This document shows, in pieces, positions 16,479 to 24,296 of a DNA stretch of 64,000 nucleotides. Location of the stretch: NCBI GenBank assembly GCA_044229975.1, contig JBGARZ010000025.1:88714-152713 (forward strand), in the 5' to 3' direction. Within the stretch, counting starts at the first letter, position 1. Each line of letters starts with the position of its first letter. This DNA is from Polyangiales bacterium (GTDB lineage: Bacteria; Myxococcota_A; Polyangia; Polyangiales; Ga0077539). A model generated the notes under the pieces. The model searched no databases and was not told the origin of the DNA. It was given only the letters and a program-made list of their open reading frames with translations. The position numbers and the translations under genes were made by a program.

Positions 16479-17903
16479 TCAGGGCTCCACGCGGACGGTG
16501 GCCATCATCCCGTGCTCGATGTGCTCAAGGATGTGGCAGTGGTACATCCAGTGGCCGGGGCGCTCGTCGGGGCGGAACGCGATGCGCACCCGCTCCTTGC
16601 CACGCAGCTGGATCGTGTCCTCCCACGAGCGCTCGGCCTCGTCCGCGCCGTTGCGCGACACGACCTGGAAGAAGAACCCGTGCAGGTGGAACGGGTGCTC
16701 CATCTCGCTCGCGTTGACGAGGTCCCACACCTCGGTGTTGCCCACGCGCGCGACGACGTCCGGCACGTCCGGGTAGGACCGGTCGTTGATGGTGAACACC
16801 ACCTGCTCGCGGTCGCGATCGATGTACTCGTTGAAGGTCACCGTGCGCGGCGCGATGCCTGCCGTGACCAGCGGCTCGACCCGTATGCGGGGCGCGGGGG
16901 CGGCGAGTGTTGGCAACGCCGAGTCGGGCGCGTAGCGGAGCCGCAGGACGTCCGCCGCCTCGGTGAGACCAGCGCCGTGGCCGCGGGCGTAGGGGAGGTT
17001 GCGCAGGGGCGCGGTCGTGCCCGGGCTGCCGACGCCGTCCACCAGGACGTCGAGGCGATCGCCAGGGACGAGAAAGAGCTCGTCGGACGTGCGTGGTGTC
17101 GCGACGGACCCTCCGTCGGTCCCCACCACGGTGAAGCGGTGCCCCGGGAGAGCGAGGCGGTAGAAGCGGGCGCTGCCGGCGTTCACGACGCGCCACCGCT
17201 GCCGCTGGCCCGCGCGGATCGGCAGCTCCGCGCCCGCGCGTCCGTTGACGAGCGAGACGGGACCCTCCCTGCCGCTGTGCTGCTCGACGAGGTCCCCGGT
17301 GGGCGCGATCTCCCCGTCCGACCCGACCAGGAGGTCGTCGAGCATGACGACGCCCTCGACGTCTGCGCGGGGTTCATGGTCGCCGCGCACCACGACCGCG
17401 CCGTAGAGGCCGCGCTCCATCTGTACGCTCTCGGTGACGTGCGGGTGGTACCAGAAGGTCCCCGCGTCCGGAACGGTGAAGCGGTACTCGAAGCTCGCGC
17501 CGGGGGCGACGGGCGGCTGCGAGTGGGGGCTGCCGTCCATCGACGCAGGCACCCGCACGCCGTGCCAGTGGATCGTCGTCGGCTGGTCGAGCCGGTTGGT
17601 GAAGTGCACGACCACGGTGTCCCCGGCGCGCGCCTCGATCGTGGGCCCGGGGACCATGCCGTTGTAGGTCATCGCTCGGACGCGCCGACCCGGCGAGTAC
17701 TCCCACTGACCGAAGCGCGCTTCGAGGTCGATCTCGACGACGCGCGGATCGGGGTTGCGGTCGGCGGCGGGCTCGACGCGGAGCGCCGCGGCCCAGGGGT
17801 CGGGGCCGGTGCGAGGCGCAGGCGGTGCCTCGGGGGCGTCGCCGCAGCCGACAGCTACGAACAGCGCGGAGAGGGTCCAGCGGAGGTGGGGCGCGAGAGG
17901 CAT
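16479..17903 (-). CDS. Three-domain multicopper oxidase (CueO/Cuo-like lipoprotein)
   Basis: HWHG, WYHPH, HPFHLHG, HCHILEHIEHGMM; lipobox AVGC. Confidence 0.93.
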   Translation of the reverse strand: MPLAPHLRWTLSALFVAVGCGDAPEAPPAPRTGPDPWAAALRVEPAADRNPDPRVVEIDLEARFGQWEYSPGRRVRAMTYNGMVPGPTIEARAGDTVVVHFTNRLDQPTTIHWHGVRVPASMDGSPHSQPPVAPGASFEYRFTVPDAGTFWYHPHVTESVQMERGLYGAVVVRGDHEPRADVEGVVMLDDLLVGSDGEIAPTGDLVEQHSGREGPVSLVNGRAGAELPIRAGQRQRWRVVNAGSARFYRLALPGHRFTVVGTDGGSVATPRTSDELFLVPGDRLDVLVDGVGSPGTTAPLRNLPYARGHGAGLTEAADVLRLRYAPDSALPTLAAPAPRIRVEPLVTAGIAPRTVTFNEYIDRDREQVVFTINDRSYPDVPDVVARVGNTEVWDLVNASEMEHPFHLHGFFFQVVSRNGADEAERSWEDTIQLRGKERVRIAFRPDERPGHWMYHCHILEHIEHGMMATVRVEP

Positions 17904-17948
17904 GGTCCTCGGTCGGTTTTGGGGTTGGCTTGCACGCCGCCCGACCTA

Positions 17949-17975
17949 CTAGCCGCCAGGGCCGGAGGTGTGACC
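17949..17975 (-). promoter_or_regulatory. Putative ECF promoter GGTCAC-N17-CTAG (copy 2)
   Basis: Upstream of the MCO-cupredoxin operon. Confidence 0.7.
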
Positions 17976-18053
17976 CGCGTCGCTCCACAACGCGCACTTT
18001 GCGCCTCGTCTCAAGCCTTGAGCGCGCTCTCCCGCCGCGCGAGTATCGACGCC

Positions 18054-18326
18054 ATGTCGCTCGCTCCTCACGCTCACCTGCTCACCTTCTACGGCGCGGC
18101 CCTCAACGAGTTCGGCATGCCGAAGGACTTCCACCGCTACCAGATCTTCGTCGGCCCCCTCGTCGTGACGGGAGGCACCGTGTACGTGGCATCCATCGCC
18201 GCAGCGACCGACAGCCCGACGCCAAACCCGAAGGAGTACTCCTCCAAGGCCGACACGACCGACGCGTTCGAACAGGCCAGGCGAGCGCTCGCGGCGCTCC
18301 ACCCTGGTCTGACCTGCGTCGGCTGA
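18054..18326 (+). CDS. Hypothetical protein (90 aa)
   Basis: ATG-started ORF with GC3-rich codons between two divergent promoters; no recognised family. Confidence 0.5.
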   Translation: MSLAPHAHLLTFYGAALNEFGMPKDFHRYQIFVGPLVVTGGTVYVASIAAATDSPTPNPKEYSSKADTTDAFEQARRALAALHPGLTCVG

Positions 18327-18373
18327 CGTCACCGGTGGTCCGCGGTCCGTCCTCGGCAAAGTGGCTCTGGACG

Positions 18374-18400
18374 GGTCACGAAACGTCGCGGCGGAACTAG
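18374..18400 (+). promoter_or_regulatory. Putative ECF promoter GGTCAC-N17-CTAG (copy 3)
   Basis: Upstream of the MNIO precursor operon. Confidence 0.7.
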
Positions 18401-18460
18401 ACAGGGATCCGCCGAAGTACCCGCGGCCGTCCGCCGCGCGCCCGAAGGAGCGAAGACCTG

Positions 18461-18892
18461 ATGAACAAAGAGACCCGAGCGAAGTTGCTGGTGATGGTAT
18501 CCGCGGCCTTTGGGGTCGCCGCGGTGGAGGGCTGCGCGAGCAACCCGTCCATGATGGCGCAGCCGCCCGCAAGCTCGCAGTCGGCTGACCCCGCACCCGC
18601 CACGACGCCTGCGCCCGCCGCGCAGGTCGGCACCGGTCCGACGCAGACCCCGAGCTCGACGGCCCCTGCGCCCGCCTCGGCCCCACAGGGAGCGGCCACG
18701 GGTCAGGCCATGAGCTGCGGCCAGGACGGCAACTGCGGCGCGCACATGGGCTCCTCGTCGTCGCCCGCACCGGGCACCACGGCGGCCCAGCCGACCCCGA
18801 CGGCGGCCCCGACGCCGGCCACCACACCGACGACGGCTCCCGCCACGGCTCCAGCAACGGCGCGGCCCCACCAACACAACCACGCACACTGA
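18461..18892 (+). CDS. Putative MNIO-modified RiPP precursor (lipoprotein-like, SCGQDGNCG core)
   Basis: AAGGAG RBS, signal with VEGC, Pro/Thr/Ala-rich linkers flanking MSCGQDGNCGAHM, His tail; 3 bp before the DUF692 gene. Confidence 0.75.
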   Translation: MNKETRAKLLVMVSAAFGVAAVEGCASNPSMMAQPPASSQSADPAPATTPAPAAQVGTGPTQTPSSTAPAPASAPQGAATGQAMSCGQDGNCGAHMGSSSSPAPGTTAAQPTPTAAPTPATTPTTAPATAPATARPHQHNHAH

Positions 18893-18895
18893 TCG

Positions 18896-19729
18896 ATGGC
18901 GCACGTCGAGGGCGTCGGCCTGGGCCTGCGGGCCCCGCTGTTTCGCGACCTGATGTCGCGGGCGCCCGCGGCGTTGCGCTGGGTCGAGGTCTCTCCCGAG
19001 AACCATCTCGGGCGCGGCGGCTTCTTCGAGGCGATGCTGGCGGAGACCCGCGCGCGCTACCCGGTGGTGACGCACGGCGTAAGCCTCGGGCTCGGCGACC
19101 GCGAGCCGCCAGCGCGCGACCTGCTGCGCGCGATGCGGGGCTTCCTCGAAGCCGTGCAGACCCCCTGGCACAGCGATCATCTGTGCTTCGGCGCGGTCGA
19201 CGGCGCCCACCTCCACGACCTCCTTCCCCTACCGTTGACCGAAGAGAGCGTCGGTCGTGTGGTGGACCGGGTTCGGCTGCTCGAAGACGCGCTCGGTCTC
19301 CCCATCGCCGTCGAGAACATCTCCTGGTACGCGCACCCCGGCGAGGCGGAGATGGACGAGGCCGACTTCCTCGGCGAGATCACCGCGCGCAGCGGCGCCC
19401 TCCTCCTGCTCGACGTCAACAACGCCTACGTCAACGCGCGCAACCGCGGGGGAGACGCGCGGGAGTTCATCCGTCGCATCCCGGCCGACCGTGTGGTGCA
19501 GATGCACGTCGCCGGGCACCTCGTGGCCGCCGACGGGTTTCGCCTCGATACGCACGGCGAGGCTGTCTGCGACGATGTGTACGGGCTGCTCGCGTACACC
19601 CTGTCGCGCACTGGGCCCGTGCCGGTTCTGTTGGAGAGAGACGGCGGCTTTCCCCCGTGGGACGAGCTCGTCGCGGAGCTCGAACGACTCGACGCCATCG
19701 TCCGCGCTTCAACACAGGCAGCGCCTTGA
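18896..19729 (+). CDS. DUF692 family multinuclear non-heme iron oxidase (MNIO)
   Basis: GVGLGLR, EVSPEN, HGVSLGLG, SDHLC, DLLPLP, ENI, LLDVNNAYVN, MHVAGH, DTHG and LLERD motifs. Confidence 0.95.
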   Translation: MAHVEGVGLGLRAPLFRDLMSRAPAALRWVEVSPENHLGRGGFFEAMLAETRARYPVVTHGVSLGLGDREPPARDLLRAMRGFLEAVQTPWHSDHLCFGAVDGAHLHDLLPLPLTEESVGRVVDRVRLLEDALGLPIAVENISWYAHPGEAEMDEADFLGEITARSGALLLLDVNNAYVNARNRGGDAREFIRRIPADRVVQMHVAGHLVAADGFRLDTHGEAVCDDVYGLLAYTLSRTGPVPVLLERDGGFPPWDELVAELERLDAIVRASTQAAP

Positions 19730-20457
19730 GCGGGCTCGACGCGCACCAGCGGGCCATCGCCCGGCTCACACTTGGGGCCGAACTCGACGAGGCGTCGCTG
19801 GCCTCGCTAGGCGGCGACCGCGTTCGGTGGCTGGTGTACCGCGACCTCGTGCGCAACCGGCTCTGGTCGCTGCTGCTCGAAGCGCTGCCGCGCACCTTCG
19901 CGGCGGCCGGCAGCGCGCGCTTCGGGGGGTGGTTTACCCGCTACCTCGACGAGGAGGCGCCGCGCACGCACTTCGTCCGCGACGTGGCGCCGGCCTTCGG
20001 TCGGTGGGTGCGCGCGGCGGAGGCCGAGGCCCTGGCGTCACCGTCGCCGTGGCTGCCCGAGGCGCTGTCCCTCGACCTGGCCGAGCATCACGTCGGCCTC
20101 TCGGCAGCGCGCGTCGACGCATCGCGACTCACCGACTTCGCGATGGACCTCCCCGCGGCGCTCGATCCGACACACCAGCGGCTGCGCCTCTCGTGGACCC
20201 CGGAGGGCGCGCCCGATGCGCGGGCACTGCTGCTGTTTCGTCACCCGGAGCGCCACTCTGTGGAGACGCTCGCGCTCACCCCGATGGCGGCCGACGTGCT
20301 CGACGCGATGGACGACGGGGCGACGCCCGCGGCCGAGGCCGTGCGCGCGGTGCTGGCACGCTACGACGTGGTCGCGGGGTCGGCGTTTGTGGAGAGCTTC
20401 GCGGGCCTGCTCGCCGAACTGATGGAGCGCGGTGTCTTGAGGGGCTCGCTGCGGTAG
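19726..20457 (+). CDS. DUF2063-like MNIO partner (RiPP recognition) protein
   Basis: TTG start overlapping the MNIO stop; YRDLVRNRLWSLLLEALPRT and PWLPEALSLDLAE resemble DUF2063. Confidence 0.8.
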   Translation: MSGLDAHQRAIARLTLGAELDEASLASLGGDRVRWLVYRDLVRNRLWSLLLEALPRTFAAAGSARFGGWFTRYLDEEAPRTHFVRDVAPAFGRWVRAAEAEALASPSPWLPEALSLDLAEHHVGLSAARVDASRLTDFAMDLPAALDPTHQRLRLSWTPEGAPDARALLLFRHPERHSVETLALTPMAADVLDAMDDGATPAAEAVRAVLARYDVVAGSAFVESFAGLLAELMERGVLRGSLR

Positions 20458-20461
20458 GGCG

Positions 20462-20815
20462 TTACATGGCGTGGCGGAAGGCCGTGAGGTCGACGCGCAC
20501 GCGGGTGTCGTTGCTCACCTTGAGCCGCAGCAGCGCCGGAACGCCGATCCCGTAGTCGGTGGGCGACAGGTTGGGAAGGTCGACGGTGAAGCGCCCGGCG
20601 GTCGAGGTGGAGATGCCGTCGACGGTTTCGAGCGGTGCGTCGGAGGTGAAGAGTACGCGCGACTCGCCGTTCGTGCGGAGGTCGAAGCGCTGCACGCCGG
20701 TGGGCGCGGCGGCGGGCGCCATGGTGGGAGGCGTCGGCGGTGTCTACGCGCCGAGCGGAGCGGACATCGAGAGGAGACTGATCGCGACGAGCGAAGCGAG
20801 AGGGCTGATCTTCAA
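20462..20815 (-). pseudogene. YceI family protein, nonsense codon plus apparent internal deletion
   Basis: GGAGGT RBS, signal peptide, in-frame TAG at 20744-20746; SDAPLETVDG joined almost directly to DYGIGVPALLRLKVSN. Confidence 0.65.
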
Positions 20816-20859
20816 GGGCGACCTCCGACGGTCTTGGTGGTGGGCGCGGTCGACGTCCG

Positions 20860-21483
20860 TCAGCGTACGTGGGTGAAGACGAAGTCCCGCGGGGCGCTCA
20901 CGTGGCAGCCGACGCAGATGGTGCGCGCGGGGCCGCTCGTGCCGAGGCCGTCGGCGACGTAGCGGGTGCCGATGCGCTCGAACCAGTACCAGTTCTCGCC
21001 CCCGGTACCGACCGCGACCTTGAGGTAGACGGCGTAGCCGGTGACCACGCCCGCGCTGGAGAGCAGCTCCTTCACGGCGGCCGCGCCGACGGGGTAGGGG
21101 CCGTCGCCGCTCGACCCGCTCAACAGCTCGTTGGAGCAGATGCGGTTGATGCCGTGAGGCGACGGCGAGCGCGACGCGTGCGGTGCGGGCTCACAATGCC
21201 AGGAGCGGTAGTGCCCCGCCGTGAGCCATGCTTCCATGTCCACGCGCCCCGAGGACGGCGGCGTTTGGGGCCCGACCATCGGCGGTGGAGACTGACCCGC
21301 GTCCGTCGGAGCGCCGACCTCGGTGACCGCGGACTGATCGATCGTGGCATCCGCGTATCTCGCCGACGAAGCATCGATGGTCTGTGTCGGAACGTCCGTC
21401 GCGATCGTGCCATCGGCTGTCCCGCAGCCCACGGCCAGCAACGCCAGCGCCCCGGCTGCCAACACCCTTCGTCGATCAACCAT
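20860..21483 (-). CDS. Lipoprotein c-type cytochrome, cytochrome P460-like
   Basis: Lipobox AVGC; YPVGAAAVKEL, GYAVYLKV, WYWFE and C-terminal CVGCH. Confidence 0.7.
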   Translation of the reverse strand: MVDRRRVLAAGALALLAVGCGTADGTIATDVPTQTIDASSARYADATIDQSAVTEVGAPTDAGQSPPPMVGPQTPPSSGRVDMEAWLTAGHYRSWHCEPAPHASRSPSPHGINRICSNELLSGSSGDGPYPVGAAAVKELLSSAGVVTGYAVYLKVAVGTGGENWYWFERIGTRYVADGLGTSGPARTICVGCHVSAPRDFVFTHVR

Positions 21484-21943
21484 TGGCGCGCGCCGCCTCG
21501 GTCACCGCGGTGTCCGGGTGCACCATGAGCTCGCCCGCGGCGACGGTCACCCGGTAGTGCGGCAGGGTGGCGGTGGATGGCGCTCGCGTCACGGCCCCGT
21601 TGCCGTCGTACTCCGAGAAGTGGTTGGGGCAGCGGGTGTTGCCCGTCGTGCTGACGGAGGTGCAACCCGTCGGTGTCGCACACGCCGCGCCGTCGCGAAA
21701 CGCGATCTCAGTCCCCTCGTGCGTACACAGCGTCGAGTAGGCGAAAAAGCCTCCGGCGTCGCGCCCCACGATCACCTTCTGCGCGGCGTACAGCTTCCAC
21801 ATCCCGACGGCGTGATCGGCCACGCGCCCGCCGCTGAAGGGCGTCGTCGGCATTGCCGCGTCGCCGCAGCCCACGGTCACGCCCGCGACCCCCAGCACAC
21901 ACAGGAACGTCCTGCGCTCCAAGCGCTTCGTGTCTTCATCCAT
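21476..21943 (-). CDS. Rieske [2Fe-2S] lipoprotein (Tat)
   Basis: RRTFL signal, TVGC lipobox, CTH...CPNH motifs. Confidence 0.85.
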   Translation of the reverse strand: MDEDTKRLERRTFLCVLGVAGVTVGCGDAAMPTTPFSGGRVADHAVGMWKLYAAQKVIVGRDAGGFFAYSTLCTHEGTEIAFRDGAACATPTGCTSVSTTGNTRCPNHFSEYDGNGAVTRAPSTATLPHYRVTVAAGELMVHPDTAVTEAARANG

Positions 21944-21971
21944 GTTGGTTCTTCCTCGTCGCGTGTCGCGG

Positions 21972-22955
21972 CTACGGCGCGACCATCGGGCAGTTGACGG
22001 TGACGGGCAGAGGACCGGCCACGTTGGCGAGCGCCGTGTTCCAGTCGCGCACTCCGCCGAAGCCCGCGAGGTTGCCCCGCTGATGCGACCACAGCGACGA
22101 GTACCCGGGTTGTCCCGGCAGCACCTGCACCACGTTGTGGGTCATGCCGTCGGCCTCGGTCTCAAAGCCCATGGAGGGGTCCGTGTCGTTGCGGAAGATC
22201 ACGATGATGCCCGCGCTCGGGACGCGCCCATTGGCGGTCACCTGGAGGTTGGTCTCGAACTGCATCAGCGGCGCGATCATGCCGCGCACCCAGCCCCGGA
22301 ACCCGGTGACCACGTTGCCCTGAAACCGCAGGGTCGCCGTCGAGCCCGCGGGCACCACCGCCCAGTCGACGATGCGCGTGGTGAGCGTTGCGGTGGCGTC
22401 GCCCTCGGCCACAGCGGCCAGTACGTCGGCTTCGCTCGTGAGCGAGTTGACGTTGTAGCCCTCGTGCGTGCGCACCTCGGTGATGCGCATGAAGTCGTTG
22501 TACCCGGTGTCACCCGGGACGCCCGTGAGCACCGGGAGCTGCCCCGGGATGGCTTGTCCGTTGGCGTCGAGGATCATGTACGCGCGGCCGGGCACCACCG
22601 GGACGATGTCGAGCGAGTAGTACAGGACGCGCTCGCCGCCTGGTCCGAACGAGCGCACGCCGAAGAGCTGATCGAAGTGGATGGGCGCGTTGGGCGCGGG
22701 CACGACCGGTCGCACGTTGGCCGTGTCAAACGCGGGCGCGCTGCGCTTGAAGAGCGTCGCGAAGCTGTCCTGGAAGCGGTCGACGGACACGATCGCCGCG
22801 GTGTCGGGGTTGACCGTCGCGCGGTCGGACGTGGTTCCACAGTGCGCGAGGAAGACCGAGAAGCCTGCGAGGCAGAGGGCGTGGCGCGGCGATCGAAGCG
22901 TGGGCGTGGCACACATCGGAGAGGGGACACCTTCGGTGTTCGCGGGGCTCTCCAA
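21972..22955 (-). CDS. Hypothetical lipoprotein with internal repeat
   Basis: LAHC lipobox; related segments VPGDTGYNDFM and LPGQPGYSSLW; ends VNCPMV; start may be ATG 22916. Confidence 0.7.
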   Translation of the reverse strand: MESPANTEGVPSPMCATPTLRSPRHALCLAGFSVFLAHCGTTSDRATVNPDTAAIVSVDRFQDSFATLFKRSAPAFDTANVRPVVPAPNAPIHFDQLFGVRSFGPGGERVLYYSLDIVPVVPGRAYMILDANGQAIPGQLPVLTGVPGDTGYNDFMRITEVRTHEGYNVNSLTSEADVLAAVAEGDATATLTTRIVDWAVVPAGSTATLRFQGNVVTGFRGWVRGMIAPLMQFETNLQVTANGRVPSAGIIVIFRNDTDPSMGFETEADGMTHNVVQVLPGQPGYSSLWSHQRGNLAGFGGVRDWNTALANVAGPLPVTVNCPMVAP

Positions 22956-22976
22956 TGAGCGTCGCGTGCCGACGTC

Positions 22977-23002
22977 TACGAGCGCGCGCGCTGACGGTTA
23001 CA
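22977..23002 (-). promoter_or_regulatory. Putative ECF promoter TGTAA-N17-CGTA
   Basis: GCTGTAA-ccgtcagcgcgcgcgct-CGTA upstream of the lipoprotein-Rieske-cytochrome operon. Confidence 0.55.
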
Positions 23003-23017
23003 GCGTGTGTGGCGGTT

Positions 23018-23141
23018 GGGGTCGCGGCCGATGCCCTGCTCGCTCACCCACATCGGCAGGCGCGCCCCGCGGTGATCGACCGCGTTGTCCTGCTCGTCGA
23101 CGCCCAGGAGGTGCGACTTGGCCTCGCAGCGGAAGGGCACC
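23018..23141 (-). pseudogene. Remnant of a GH31 (alpha-glucosidase/YihQ-like) gene
   Basis: HLLGVDEQDNAVDHRGARLPMWVSEQGIGRDP resembles the GH31 N-terminal GEQ...EQGxGR motif; no intact ORF. Confidence 0.4.
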
Positions 23142-23536
23142 CCCGGGCTCGCACGGGGCAGGCATCCCTTACAGCGATGCACGCGGCTCGACCTCATCAG
23201 GAGACACGCGGCGCGCCCGCAGCGAGGAGGTGTCGTCGGTCCCGCGGGCTTCGAGCACGATGACGTCACCGTCCATCGTGAGGCGGGTGATGGTTGCGGG
23301 CTGCCGCGTGGCGACGTCGCGGTGGGCGAAGGTTCACTGACCGCAGGCGCTTTGCACGGTCTCGTCGTAGGTGCTCGCGAACACCAGCGGTCGGTCGGCG
23401 CAGAGCAGCACGCCCAGCTACCGCAAGCTCGACGCCGCCACCCGCGGTCGGACCCGCAGCGCTCCGACTGTGTCGTCGGCAGGTGATGGCCGACCACCGC
23501 AGGTTTTGGGAGACCCGATGTGAGACTCTTGTCACG

Positions 23537-23992
23537 ATGACAGCGTTCGGAGCTTCGTCAGGATCTGCTCCCTTACTTCGCGCGTCGATGCCCCTCGCGC
23601 TGCTGTTGGGCACGGCTTGCTCGTACACCGTCGGCGCTGCATCGGTCCGTCGGGACGCGGTCGTGATGGACGAGCCAACGCTGGCGACACCCATGACCGA
23701 GGCAGGAAGCCGCTCACTTGACGCGACGCCGGTCGATCTGCCAACGACGAGCGCGCTGGACGCAGCACTCGCGGACGCGGGCCTGCTCGATAGCCCGGAC
23801 ATCCTTCTGCCCGTAGACCCGTTCATCGGCGACTGCATCTCCGACGTCCCCTACGGCGTCTACTTCCCCGACGGCGGCCTCGCTGGAGCGCGACCCGCGC
23901 GCTGTTCAGAGCTTCGCGGGATGATCTGCTGTCGCTTCGAGAACCTGATCTACGAACGGGACGAGGACCGAATCGACCACGGTCGGGTCTGA
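23537..23992 (+). CDS. Hypothetical lipoprotein
   Basis: LLLGTAC lipobox, acidic DA linker, four C-terminal Cys. Confidence 0.55.
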   Translation: MTAFGASSGSAPLLRASMPLALLLGTACSYTVGAASVRRDAVVMDEPTLATPMTEAGSRSLDATPVDLPTTSALDAALADAGLLDSPDILLPVDPFIGDCISDVPYGVYFPDGGLAGARPARCSELRGMICCRFENLIYERDEDRIDHGRV

Positions 23993-24296
23993 GGGCGCGC
24001 GACCCTATCCCCACAGCTCTCGGTGCCGGGTCTCCGGCCTTTCGCCCTCCGCCTCGCCGACACCCTTCGCCGACGACTGCCTCACTGGACTCATCACCGG
24101 CTATGGCGATGAGTGGCGCGCCCGTCGCCCGCTGCTCTGCTCCGATCTGCCAGGCCGGGTCTGCTGTCAGGAGTCAGAGATCATCGAGCCCATCCGGTCG
24201 GGCCCCGGTGCTGTCGTCGATGACGGCCGATCGTGCGTCCCACGGGGCGATTGTCACTCGACTGGCCGCGATCGGTAGCGACCGAATGGCACGCGC

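Noticed and set aside
18890..18898. Precursor stop TGA is in frame with the MNIO start (TGA TCG ATG), suggesting Sec or readthrough fusion
   Set aside because: The His tail is a plausible natural C-terminus, no convincing SECIS was seen, and a cytoplasmic MNIO fused to an exported precursor is unlikely; in-frame spacing occurs one time in three by chance.
23148..23173. TGTAA-N17-CGAG on the minus strand
   Set aside because: Two mismatches in the -10 element and it lies beside the GH31 remnant; may be chance.
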